A stretch of DNA of 64,000 nt from the IMG/VR virus record IMGVR_UViG_3300029448_008324, positions 32,001-96,000 of that record; one strand, given 5' to 3'. Shown one piece after another: positions 1 through 9,617 of the stretch. The stretch's first letter is position 1. The number at the start of each line of letters is the position of its first letter. A program made the position numbers and the translations under genes. The stretch is from a virus. The notes below the pieces were generated by a model. That model had not been told where the DNA came from and did no database searches. It worked only from the letters and a program-made list of their open reading frames with translations.

Positions 1-2
1 AT

Positions 3-1310
3 GATGTCATTGGCTGAAGCAATTGTGGTGCCCCAGGCTTCTGCATAGTTGGGCACAGTGTCTGCTGACGGATTGCCATCATCGTCTGATGCTCTGGTAT
101 CAGTTTCAGATGCAGTCTTGCCATCTGTGTTTTTCTTATTGCCAATATCTTCTGTGATGAGATATCTAGTGCCAACAGGCGCTCCATCTGGATTAAATGT
201 GAGTGGATTAATCACAGCATCAACAGAGTTCAAGGTGTTGGTTGGAATTGAATCTTGATCAACATCCAGCAGTAGACTGAATTGATCCTGCGGATCAATA
301 CTCACGGTGCCTGTGACATTTACAATTATGTCATCACCATTTACATCAGTGGTAGACTGTTGCAACTTGATGGTTGATAATCCATTTGTGATTGATTTGC
401 TGTACAATGCCTCAAATCTGTGCCAATTGATTTTGTTACCAAACTGACTTTGTGATTGGAACACACGGTTTTCTCTGTTGTTAGCGTGTGTGGAATTACC
501 CGCACGTTGTTCACCCAACAACGATATCCTATTGCCTAACACCAGTACCGCATAGTTGCCAGGCGTTACAGTTTGACGTGACAGCAAGTCAGTGCCTAGT
601 ATGCCGTCCACATCAACTTTGCCCGCATCTTCATCATATATGCTCATGACAATTTTTTCAATGACACCAAGTTTTTTAAGTTTAGCAGGCGGTGAAATAA
701 AGATTGGTGTTCTGAATGTGAGAGTGGCGACATCAATATCGTCAGCTACTCCTTGTGGAATTGCTCGTGATGTAAAGTTTACATTTGTGAGTTCAACAAA
801 TGACAGTGAAGTCCAATCAAGATAGTTGTCTGTGGTTTGTAGTTCCAGTGCTGGATTGAACAGCACAAGGATTTGCTCTAGCATCTGTAATTTTTGATCT
901 GTGTTGGTGCTGAAAATGTCTGCGTTAAACGTCAACTCAAAAGGTGTAGGCATGATTCTTTCAATGGTGTGTGATTGACCTGGTGCACCTGTATAAGCAT
1001 TTGCCGTTGGATCAAACTCTCTTTCACGTATGTGCTTTTTGTCTACGTGATAAGGATTGTACATCCTGTCTCTGTCATAACTCAAGTTGGTTATGTAGCA
1101 TGATATTTGAGGCGCAGTGATCAATGTGTTTTCTGATCCTTTCTTGAGAATTTGTGCCACCTGTCTTGACATGTCTCCATACTTGACTGGCACTTGCAGT
1201 GTTTCTGATTCGCCTTTGGAATTTTTACCTGTGATGTAAGAAAAGTTTGACATCATACGAATAAACTGTAGAATGTATCTTCTTATTTGGGCGTCATAAA
1301 AATGTTCCAT
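3..1310 (-). CDS. Tail terminator / sheath stabilizer (T4 gp15-like), 3' end outside the window
   Basis: Not in ORF track (partial). Translated by hand from ATG at 1310: MEHFYDAQIRRYILQFIRMMSNF...VPVKYGD...PTPFELTFNADIFSTNTDQKLQMLEQILVLFNP, which resembles gp15. Directly follows the gp14-like gene. Confidence 0.8.
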   Translation of the reverse strand, partial: MEHFYDAQIRRYILQFIRMMSNFSYITGKNSKGESETLQVPVKYGDMSRQVAQILKKGSENTLITAPQISCYITNLSYDRDRMYNPYHVDKKHIREREFDPTANAYTGAPGQSHTIERIMPTPFELTFNADIFSTNTDQKLQMLEQILVLFNPALELQTTDNYLDWTSLSFVELTNVNFTSRAIPQGVADDIDVATLTFRTPIFISPPAKLKKLGVIEKIVMSIYDEDAGKVDVDGILGTDLLSRQTVTPGNYAVLVLGNRISLLGEQRAGNSTHANNRENRVFQSQSQFGNKINWHRFEALYSKSITNGLSTIKLQQSTTDVNGDDIIVNVTGTVSIDPQDQFSLLLDVDQDSIPTNTLNSVDAVINPLTFNPDGAPVGTRYLITEDIGNKKNTDGKTASETDTRASDDDGNPSADTVPNYAEAWGTTIASANDI

Positions 1311-1311
1311 T

Positions 1312-2460
1312 CTAATTATCCGCCTTTGGTTTTAGTAGTTTGCTGAGGGAAACTCTTTCAGGTGTGGTGGACGAACCATCTGCTAATGTGGTCTGGGTTG
1401 TGTTGTTGATAAAGCCACTTTTTTGTGTTTCTTTTGTATCTGTGTTTGTCATTGTTTGTCTTACATCATCTTCTATTTTCACAAATCTTCTGCCATCAAA
1501 TCTGAATAACCTGTTTGGCGAATAGTCTGTTCTCAACACAAACATTCCTTCCACAGGATTACGTGGAAATTTGGTTGACGCTGTGAAAGTTTCACCATTG
1601 GCTGGTATGCCATCTCCTGTGAGATATCCTTCGATATAACCATTGGTTTGTGGATTAGCAAAAATTTTATCTACACTTAGGTGACCAGTGTCTGTGTTCA
1701 CATCTGAGTCAACAGTGACCAATGCCACACGTCCATCTTCTTCGGTTGGCATCACATATAATTGTTTGGTATTGTAACCAGACTTTGGTGCATCTTGTTC
1801 TGCTTGATCAACAATTGCTTCGTTGATTTCTAAATCTTTATCTCTAGTCTTTTGATGTGTGTTTTCATCTTTGTCGCCCAGTATGTCTCTAAACTCTTGT
1901 GCATCTGTGATGCCTTTCACTCTCACTCTGTATAAATGTGGCCACCAAGTTTTGGAAAATCCTTCAGCCGCTCTTACCACATCATCCACCACATAGTAGC
2001 GTTTAAGCGTTTCGGTGTCATTGGTATCCAAAGAATAATCATCTACAAGATGAGGTAATTCAATGACATCACCTGCCATAATTTTTCTACCCAGTGCTTC
2101 AACAATATCACGTATGTGAAAAGTCATAAACAGTTGATCATTTTGTAGAAACAATCCGAACTGCGATAAGTCAAAGTCTATGTCTGACACATTGTAGATC
2201 ACACGAGCGTGATAAACATCTGGATCATATTTGCGATCTCTGTTTTCTAGGAACAAAAGATCTTGTATGGCCAACTCATCTTGTGTGTCACCTGTGCGTT
2301 GTGGTTGTGTGATGTCATTTGTGTCGCCTTGTTGATTAGGTGAAACATATTTGTGTATGTAGGCGTCTGTACCGCCCACTTGAAACATCTCGCCCACGTT
2401 GCGATCGATGAAATTAAAATCATTTCCCTTTTCAGGTTTGAATAATGAGAGTCTTGGCAT
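1312..2460 (-). CDS. Neck protein (T4 gp14-like)
   Basis: IQDLLFLENRDR, LSQFGLFLQND and GDVIELPHL motifs; sits next to gp13- and gp15-like genes. Confidence 0.75.
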   Translation of the reverse strand: MPRLSLFKPEKGNDFNFIDRNVGEMFQVGGTDAYIHKYVSPNQQGDTNDITQPQRTGDTQDELAIQDLLFLENRDRKYDPDVYHARVIYNVSDIDFDLSQFGLFLQNDQLFMTFHIRDIVEALGRKIMAGDVIELPHLVDDYSLDTNDTETLKRYYVVDDVVRAAEGFSKTWWPHLYRVRVKGITDAQEFRDILGDKDENTHQKTRDKDLEINEAIVDQAEQDAPKSGYNTKQLYVMPTEEDGRVALVTVDSDVNTDTGHLSVDKIFANPQTNGYIEGYLTGDGIPANGETFTASTKFPRNPVEGMFVLRTDYSPNRLFRFDGRRFVKIEDDVRQTMTNTDTKETQKSGFINNTTQTTLADGSSTTPERVSLSKLLKPKADN

Positions 2461-2466
2461 TTTACA

Positions 2467-2484
2467 TATTTATGGTGTTAAATA
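2467..2484. promoter_or_regulatory. Back-to-back T4-type late promoters (TAAATA on each strand)
   Basis: TAAATA at 2467-2472 (-) is 6 nt from ATG 2460; TAAATA at 2479-2484 (+) is 5 nt from ATG 2490. Confidence 0.7.
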
Positions 2485-2489
2485 CACAC

Positions 2490-3275
2490 ATGCCAGACAC
2501 AGGACTATCTTCTACTACAAATGCTCAAATCAACACCGCCAAACAGGAAATCTTTGATTATGTAAGACTACGACTAGGTGACGGCATGATTGAAGTTGAA
2601 CTTGATCCTGCACACTACGAAATGGCATTCACCACTGCTGTGGACAAGTTCAGACAAAGATCATCCAATTCAGTAGAAGAATCATATGGATTTTTAGAAC
2701 TGCAAAAAGACCAAACTTCATACACTCTGCCAGCAGAAGTGATCAATGTAACCAGAATTTACAGAAGAACTGTGGGAGGTGCTTCATCATCAGAAGGTGG
2801 CACTGCATTTGATCCATTCGAATTGGCCTATACCAACGTGTATCTACTACAGACAGGCAGAATAGGCGGATTGGCCACATATGATATGTTTGCTGGATAT
2901 CAAGAGTTGGTTGCTCGTATGTTTGGAGGATTCATCAACTTCAAGTTTGATCAACCCACCAGACGTTTACAAATATTTAGAAGGCAGAGATCAAAAGAAG
3001 TTGTGCTAATTGAACAGTACAATTATCGTCCTGACTTTATATTACTGAGTGACATCTATGCAAAACCGTGGATTAGAGAATACACATTAGCAATTAGCAA
3101 ATTTACTTTGGGCGAAGCAAGATCAAAATTTCAAACCATTGCAGGTCCACAAGGTGGCACCGGCCTCAATGGTGATGCTCTTAAGAATGAAGGCCTCAAT
3201 GAAATGCAGAAGTTGGAACAAGAAATTGGCAACTATGCAGAAGGCGGCACACCTTTATCTTTTACTATCGGTTAG
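2490..3275 (+). CDS. Neck protein (T4 gp13-like)
   Basis: YVRLRLGDGMIEVEL...LGEARSKF...GPQGGTGLNG...E pattern typical of gp13; start moved from 2445 to ATG 2490. Confidence 0.8.
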   Translation: MPDTGLSSTTNAQINTAKQEIFDYVRLRLGDGMIEVELDPAHYEMAFTTAVDKFRQRSSNSVEESYGFLELQKDQTSYTLPAEVINVTRIYRRTVGGASSSEGGTAFDPFELAYTNVYLLQTGRIGGLATYDMFAGYQELVARMFGGFINFKFDQPTRRLQIFRRQRSKEVVLIEQYNYRPDFILLSDIYAKPWIREYTLAISKFTLGEARSKFQTIAGPQGGTGLNGDALKNEGLNEMQKLEQEIGNYAEGGTPLSFTIG

Positions 3276-3278
3276 ATT

Positions 3279-3902
3279 ATGAAAGACATTTTTTTTACCT
3301 GGCAAGGTGGGGAAGGTGGAGATTTTATATTGTCTTGCCTAAATTATTTTGTTACAAAGCAATTGCCAATATTTGATTCTAATACTAGGTGTGAACAACC
3401 ACCTGATATTTTGCACGATGATTGGAAATTTTATAAAAGTCACAAACTATGGCTGGACCACAATTTTGCAAATAGCAGATTGCCCAATGTAGTATTGATA
3501 ACAAACCCTAATCAGCAATACTTTTACAAAAAGAAGATAGTCAAAATGTTTCAGTTTTATGATAATTTTATGACCGGAATATCGGCTCTCGATAAAAAAG
3601 TTTCAAAGTTTTTAAAAGATAAAAATTTTAAACAAGTCTATTTTTATTCATACCAATCATTTCTTGCATCACATCAAACATATATTGAAAAAACCATGCA
3701 CACAATCAAAGATTTACATTATACTGAAATCGAAACAGAAATGAAAACCTTTGAAGACGTTAAAAACACAATTGAGCATATTTTATCATTCCTAAACTTA
3801 GATTATACAATTGACGAAAACTTAACACAAAACATAGAAACATTTTTATACAGGCAACAGAGTTTGATTCCAAGTGAGCATTGGCCACATCTGTCTTATT
3901 GA
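3279..3902 (+). CDS. Hypothetical protein, possibly sulfotransferase-like; AT-rich insertion
   Basis: 207-aa ORF with N-terminal GGEGGDFI motif; base composition differs from neighbours. Confidence 0.45.
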   Translation: MKDIFFTWQGGEGGDFILSCLNYFVTKQLPIFDSNTRCEQPPDILHDDWKFYKSHKLWLDHNFANSRLPNVVLITNPNQQYFYKKKIVKMFQFYDNFMTGISALDKKVSKFLKDKNFKQVYFYSYQSFLASHQTYIEKTMHTIKDLHYTEIETEMKTFEDVKNTIEHILSFLNLDYTIDENLTQNIETFLYRQQSLIPSEHWPHLSY

Positions 3903-3927
3903 CTTTAGATCAGATTATCTGTATAAT
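3899..3927 (+). promoter_or_regulatory. sigma70-type promoter for the dNMP kinase
   Basis: TTGACT-N17-TATAAT, 7 nt before ATG 3935. Confidence 0.75.
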
Positions 3928-3934
3928 TGTTTAA

Positions 3935-4531
3935 ATGATCATAGGCATATGTGGACTTATAGGCTCTGGCAAAGGCACAGTGGCTGACTATCTCATAGAT
4001 CAACACTCATTCCAAAAGATATCGTTTGCTGACAAACTTAAAGATGCTGTGGCAGAATTGTTTGATTGGCCTAGACCGATGCTGGAAGGCGTTACTCCAC
4101 AATCACGTGGTTGGCGTGAACGTCCAGATGTGTTTTGGAGCAATGAACTTGGACGTGAAATAACTCCTAGGTATGTGCTACAGGTTTTTGGTACAGAGTG
4201 TATGCGACAGGGATTTTATGATGGCATATGGGTGAGTCTTGTGAAGAAAAAAATACAAGATAATCCAACAATTAATTGGGTGATTCCCGACACAAGATTT
4301 CCAAATGAAGTTGATATGATTAAAACGATCGGAGGCTCGGTGTGGTGTGTCCAACGTGGTGATAATCCACAATGGTTCAACGAATACAAAAATAATAACG
4401 TAGAACCAAAAGATATACATCCATCAGAATGGGCATGGGCACATTCTAACTTTGATCATACCATAGTAAATGACAGCACAGTGGATGATCTACGCAGTGC
4501 GATTGCTGATAAAATTAATAGTCCGCGGTAA
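3935..4531 (+). CDS. Deoxynucleoside monophosphate kinase (T4 gp1-like)
   Basis: IIGICGLIGSGKGT P-loop, SFADKLK, TPRYVLQVFGTE, DTRFPNE, HPSE. Confidence 0.92.
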   Translation: MIIGICGLIGSGKGTVADYLIDQHSFQKISFADKLKDAVAELFDWPRPMLEGVTPQSRGWRERPDVFWSNELGREITPRYVLQVFGTECMRQGFYDGIWVSLVKKKIQDNPTINWVIPDTRFPNEVDMIKTIGGSVWCVQRGDNPQWFNEYKNNNVEPKDIHPSEWAWAHSNFDHTIVNDSTVDDLRSAIADKINSPR

Positions 4532-4880
4532 GATCGCCTTGGCGCCAGCCAGACTTTTTGGCATGCATTAACCTGTTACAGTTTGCACACACAGTTTTAA
4601 GATTTGATTGATTGTTGTTGTTCATGTTGGCATCAATGTAATACACATCCAATTGATAAGGATGCAATGCAGTGAAGCCACACATCTCACATGATTTCTT
4701 TTTGTTGTAACCTGCTCGTTGCCATGCTGGTGTTGTAATGGTCGAAGTGTTCGACTTTCTAATACACGAATCACATTTTTTTCTATAATAAACTTTATTG
4801 CCACGTCTGTAATTGTAGGCAGCTGGCTTGCTGTTGCATTCTTGACACAGGGGCCGCTTGTTTCCGTTTCCATTATACAC
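4515..4880 (-). CDS. Zinc-finger / HNH-like protein with atypical active site
   Basis: CxxC pairs and LDVYYIDANMNNN..NLKTVCANC; probable GTG start at 4880, 5 nt after TAAATA. Confidence 0.7.
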   Translation of the reverse strand: MYNGNGNKRPLCQECNSKPAAYNYRRGNKVYYRKKCDSCIRKSNTSTITTPAWQRAGYNKKKSCEMCGFTALHPYQLDVYYIDANMNNNNQSNLKTVCANCNRLMHAKKSGWRQGDLTADY

Positions 4881-4975
4881 GCATATATTTATGTATACCT
4901 TTTTGGTGCTCTTTAAAATGATTGTAATAATCAGCCCACAAGTGGTAAATATTTCTAACAAGGAGTAACGAACAA

Positions 4976-7900
4976 ATGGCACTAATATCACCAGGAGTAG
5001 AGGTAACCGTAGTAGACGAATCATTTTACGTCCCCGGTATACCTGGAGCAGTCCCACTAGTAGTGGTTGCAACCGAACAAGACAAAACATCAGGAACTGG
5101 CACAGGCACAGCCTCCGGCACCCTGAGCACAAATTCAAATTCAATATTTTTAATTTCGTCACAAAGAGAATTAACACAAACATTTGGTAATCCAAGTTTT
5201 GTGACTGACGCATCAGGCACACCAATTCAGGGATCTGAATTGAATGAATACGGTCTCCAAGCTGCTTACTCCTTCTTGGGCATCGCGAACAGAGCCTTTG
5301 TGATCAGAGCCAATGTAGACACAGCAGAATTATCCGGATCAGCAGGCGCACCTGGTGGTAGACCTAATGACGGATTTTACTGGTGGGATCTTGCTTCATC
5401 ATCTTTTGGAATTAAAGAGTGGAGTGAAGGCACACAATCATTCACAGTGAAAACACCAATCTTCATTACATCAACTGACGATGTGACAGGCAATGCGCCA
5501 AAGGCAACCAAAGGATCAATTGGTGATTATGCTGTGGTGGCAACAAACCCTTTCAATAGATTATACTACAAAACACGTTCAAACACATGGGTGCAGGTTG
5601 GATCAGCTTCATCTGCAACAAAAGATGCTTCATGGTCATCATCACACCCAACAATCAAAGGCACAGCAACTAATCCAACCCTACAAGATGGATCCATTAC
5701 AATTAACGGCAATGATGTTGCAAGCCTTGGCCAAACTGTGACAGATGCGGCGGCAGCTATCAATGCAGCTGGCATCGCAGGCGTGGCAGCCGCGGCAGTG
5801 GACGGAAAACTTGAAATTTATGGTATAGCACAAGCATCAGGTGATGACTCATCCACAGCTGCTGTTGTATCCTCAATCATTATTGCTTCATTAGATGACT
5901 CAACAGTAAACGAACTCACTGCTTTAGGAATCACAGCAGGAAGATACAATGTGCCAAAACTATTCATTGGACAGCACACACAAGACCATGGTTTTAGAAC
6001 AGCTGACACACTATCAAGACCATCAGGATCAGTGTTTATTCAAACAACTTCACCAAACGGTGGTGCAGATATTTCATTAAAAAAATATTCTGACACAGCA
6101 GGACAATTTGAAAGCGTTGATGCTCCAGTTTTTATCACACAAGAACAAGCATTACAACAACTTGACAAATCCGGCGGTGGAAAAAACTTAACCACTAACG
6201 ATGTGTTTGTACAAGTTAACATTGGCGAATCAGAATGGGACGATTCAACACAAGATTCAGGCGAAATCGTAGACTATGTTGCATTCCAAAGAGCAGTTGG
6301 TGTTGGTTCAACCACACAAATTGTTTCAAACAAAATTGCAACCAAGTCAGCTGCTGTAGACAACGGTGACACAATAAGAATGGCAGAAACCATTTTAGAT
6401 CCAGATACAACAGCTAACACAGCTGCAAATAAGTTAAACACCAAAACAGTAACAATTGGTGGCGACGATGCAGATGATTTTGTGGCTGCTATATCAGCTG
6501 CAGGCTTCCAACATATATCTGCAGAATATAATGCAACAACAAAAAGAATCACTGTATCACACGCACTTGGTGGCAACATCTACTTCACAGACACCAGCGG
6601 AACTGCGATGAGTGACTTAGGATTCAATGCAACATTTGCCAACGCATACGGTGGCAACTCTGATCTTACAGCAGAGAAAATTGCAAACCTATACGTTGCA
6701 CCAGCAGGCGACAAAGATGACTTTTCAACATCCGATGATCAAACAGAAGCTAATAGAACTTTTGCTTTCTTGGCATCAAACTGGACACCAGTTGAGAACA
6801 CTCCGGATTCAGGCACAACATACACAGCAATACAAAGTGTAAACGAGCCATCCAAAGATCCAGCAGACAACCAATTATGGTATCACACAACTGTTGACGA
6901 AGTTGATATACTAATACACAACGGAACAACATGGACTGGATATCAGAATGTTTCATCAGACGCTAGAGGATTTAATTTATCATCAACAGATCCAAAAGGT
7001 CCTATCATTTCAGCAAGTGAGCCAACAACACAATCAGATGGCACAGCACTTGTTGATGGAGACATTTGGGTAAGCACAGCAGATCTTGAAGAGTATCCAA
7101 ATTTATACAGATATGATTCATCACAACCAGATGGACAAAATTTTGTTCAAATTGACAACACTGACCAAACATCACAAGATGGTATATTGTTTGCTGATTT
7201 CCGTTTCCATTCAGATGGAACAAAAGATGTTATCAACGAGGAAACATTAATCACAGACTTGTTAACTTCAACATATCTTGACATAGACAAGCCAGATCCA
7301 GCACTGTATCCAAAAGGTATGCTTGGATTTAACTTAAGAAGATCAGGTTATGCTGTGAAGAAGTTTAGAAAAAATTACTTCACAAGAACAAACTTTGCAT
7401 CAACAACTGTGTATGCAACACTGCCAACTGAAAAGGATGCTTGGGTAAATGCATCTGGCTTAAAAACAGATGGTTCACCTTTCATGGGAAGAAAAGCACA
7501 GAGAAACGTTATTGTTGAAGCAATGAAATCAACTGTGGAATCAAGCACAGCACTAAGAGAAGAGCAGAGAGAGTTCAACTTACTTGCATGTCCTGGTTAT
7601 CCAGAACTGATCACAAACTTAGAAACATTGAACGCAGACAGAAAAGAAACTGCATTTGTTATTGGTGATACTCCATTTAGATTAGAACCAAACTCAACAG
7701 CAGTCACAAACTATGCTAACAACACAGCAGGAGCTGCCGACAATGGCGAAGATGGATTGCTTACAACCAACGGATTCACAGGTGTCTATTATCCATCAGG
7801 ATTTACAACAGACCTAGCAGGCGAATCAGTTGTTGTTCCAGCATCACACATGATGTTAAGAACAATTGCATTTAATGACCAAGTGGCATTTCCATGGTTT

Positions 7901-8431
7901 GCACCAGCAGGTGTAAGACGTGGTGCTATAGACAATGCTTCATCAGTTGGTTTTGTCAACTCAGAAGGTGAGTTCGAAACCACAGCAGTAGCAGAAGGTC
8001 TTAGAGATGCATTATACTCAGTAAACATCAACCCAATTTCATTTGTTACAGGTGCAGGATTAGTTGCATTTGGACAAAAGACAAGACAACTTACTGCTTC
8101 TGCACTAGACAGAATCAATGTTGCAAGACTTGTTGCGTTTACTAGATTACAATTAGATAAAATAGCAAGACCGTTTATCTTTGAGCCAAACGATGCACTT
8201 ACAAGAAATGAAATAAGACAAGCAATTGAATCATTCTTGTTAGAACTTACAGCTCAAAGAGCACTGTTTGACTTTGCTGTTGTTTGTGATGAAACCAACA
8301 ACACAGCGGCAAGAATAGACAGAAGCGAACTGTATGTTGATGTGGCAATTGAGCCAGTCAAAGCAGTTGAGTTTATCTTTATTCCAATCAGATTAAAGAA
8401 CACCGGAGAAATAGCAGCTTCAGGCCTTTAA
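4976..8431 (+). CDS. Tail sheath protein (T4 gp18-like), 1151 aa
   Basis: MALISPGVEVTVVDES N-terminus; PWFAPAG..RG, INPI, DRINVARL, FEPND, VCDETNN, PVKAVEFI; upstream TAAATA and AGGAG. Confidence 0.95.
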   Translation: MALISPGVEVTVVDESFYVPGIPGAVPLVVVATEQDKTSGTGTGTASGTLSTNSNSIFLISSQRELTQTFGNPSFVTDASGTPIQGSELNEYGLQAAYSFLGIANRAFVIRANVDTAELSGSAGAPGGRPNDGFYWWDLASSSFGIKEWSEGTQSFTVKTPIFITSTDDVTGNAPKATKGSIGDYAVVATNPFNRLYYKTRSNTWVQVGSASSATKDASWSSSHPTIKGTATNPTLQDGSITINGNDVASLGQTVTDAAAAINAAGIAGVAAAAVDGKLEIYGIAQASGDDSSTAAVVSSIIIASLDDSTVNELTALGITAGRYNVPKLFIGQHTQDHGFRTADTLSRPSGSVFIQTTSPNGGADISLKKYSDTAGQFESVDAPVFITQEQALQQLDKSGGGKNLTTNDVFVQVNIGESEWDDSTQDSGEIVDYVAFQRAVGVGSTTQIVSNKIATKSAAVDNGDTIRMAETILDPDTTANTAANKLNTKTVTIGGDDADDFVAAISAAGFQHISAEYNATTKRITVSHALGGNIYFTDTSGTAMSDLGFNATFANAYGGNSDLTAEKIANLYVAPAGDKDDFSTSDDQTEANRTFAFLASNWTPVENTPDSGTTYTAIQSVNEPSKDPADNQLWYHTTVDEVDILIHNGTTWTGYQNVSSDARGFNLSSTDPKGPIISASEPTTQSDGTALVDGDIWVSTADLEEYPNLYRYDSSQPDGQNFVQIDNTDQTSQDGILFADFRFHSDGTKDVINEETLITDLLTSTYLDIDKPDPALYPKGMLGFNLRRSGYAVKKFRKNYFTRTNFASTTVYATLPTEKDAWVNASGLKTDGSPFMGRKAQRNVIVEAMKSTVESSTALREEQREFNLLACPGYPELITNLETLNADRKETAFVIGDTPFRLEPNSTAVTNYANNTAGAADNGEDGLLTTNGFTGVYYPSGFTTDLAGESVVVPASHMMLRTIAFNDQVAFPWFAPAGVRRGAIDNASSVGFVNSEGEFETTAVAEGLRDALYSVNINPISFVTGAGLVAFGQKTRQLTASALDRINVARLVAFTRLQLDKIARPFIFEPNDALTRNEIRQAIESFLLELTAQRALFDFAVVCDETNNTAARIDRSELYVDVAIEPVKAVEFIFIPIRLKNTGEIAASGL

Positions 8432-8491
8432 AGGTACAAGTTGAAAAAAGGAGAAACAAGTAGTAAATAACATTACTAGGAGAAAAATAAA

Positions 8492-9118
8492 ATGGCAGTA
8501 TCAACACTATCAAAATTTACAGTACCACTAGCAAGTGATCAATCATCAGCCTCACAAGGCTTATTGATGCCTAAATTACAGTATAGATTTAGAATCATAC
8601 TTGAGAACTTTGGTATATCAACTCCTAGATCAGAACTCACCAAACAAGTTGTTGACGTGACTCGTCCAAACTTAACATTTGATCAAATCACATTAGATGC
8701 TTACAACTCAAGAGTGTATATGGCAGGAAAACACACATGGGATCCTATCACACTTAATGTAAGAGACGATGTTAACAACGAAGTTACAAAACTAACAGGT
8801 GAGCAACTACAAAAACAATTTGACTTTTTTGAACAATCATCTGCCGCATCAGGACAAGACTACAAATTTACAGGTAGAATTGAAATGCTTGATGGTGGTA
8901 ATGGTGCTAACACTCCTACTGTGTTGGAAACCTATGAACTATATGGTTGTTATCTTGACAACGTGCAGTATGGCACACTTGCTTATGCAACATCAGAGCC
9001 TGTTCAGATTACAATGTCTATTAGATATGACAATGCAATCCAAACACCTAGAGGCACAGGCATAGGCACAGCAGTTGCAAGAACAATTTCAACAGCAGCT
9101 ACAGGCGGCGGTATCTAA
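8492..9118 (+). CDS. Tail tube protein (gp19-like)
   Basis: Follows the sheath; PKLQYRFR, AGKHTW, YGCY, IRYDNA; upstream TAAATA and AGGAG. Confidence 0.85.
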   Translation: MAVSTLSKFTVPLASDQSSASQGLLMPKLQYRFRIILENFGISTPRSELTKQVVDVTRPNLTFDQITLDAYNSRVYMAGKHTWDPITLNVRDDVNNEVTKLTGEQLQKQFDFFEQSSAASGQDYKFTGRIEMLDGGNGANTPTVLETYELYGCYLDNVQYGTLAYATSEPVQITMSIRYDNAIQTPRGTGIGTAVARTISTAATGGGI

Positions 9119-9129
9119 TCAACTAACTG

Positions 9130-9594
9130 ATGCTTTTTAAGTTTGGCAACAACCAAACTCTTGTTTCACAAATTAATGAAATATTTTTGTCTCTTAAAAA
9201 ACAGAGAGGCGGTGTAAGTTCTGCCAAACCAAGACTTAAACTTGAATCAAGAGACTGTTTTGTATACACTGTGCATGACACACACATACACAATCAAATT
9301 AACGCTCTGCTAGGATGTGAACAATCATCCATACACGTGATGGAATATGGTGTAAATCAACACTTTCAATCATGGCACCAAGACAATTCTGGAAAAACAA
9401 ATGATCACAGAAAAGTATCAATGTCTTTGCTACTCAACAACAATTTTCAAGGTGGAGAACTTGAATTCGAAACACAATCTGCCAATCTAATAAATGTTGG
9501 CGACTATGTTATATTCGACAGTATGATGCGACACAGAGTGACCAAAGTTACCCAAGGCACTAGAAAGACTCTTGTGTGTTGGGGACACGCATAA
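9130..9594 (+). CDS. 2OG-Fe(II) oxygenase
   Basis: WHQD, RKVSMSLLL, FQGGELEF, HRVTKVTQGTRKTLVCW. Confidence 0.85.
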   Translation: MLFKFGNNQTLVSQINEIFLSLKKQRGGVSSAKPRLKLESRDCFVYTVHDTHIHNQINALLGCEQSSIHVMEYGVNQHFQSWHQDNSGKTNDHRKVSMSLLLNNNFQGGELEFETQSANLINVGDYVIFDSMMRHRVTKVTQGTRKTLVCWGHA

Positions 9595-9617
9595 TTTTAT
9601 CACCATAAATATTACAA

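Noticed and set aside
4881-5225. N-terminal extension of the 236-aa ORF in the track
   Set aside because: Overlaps the sheath start and both promoters; GTG 4880 fits better
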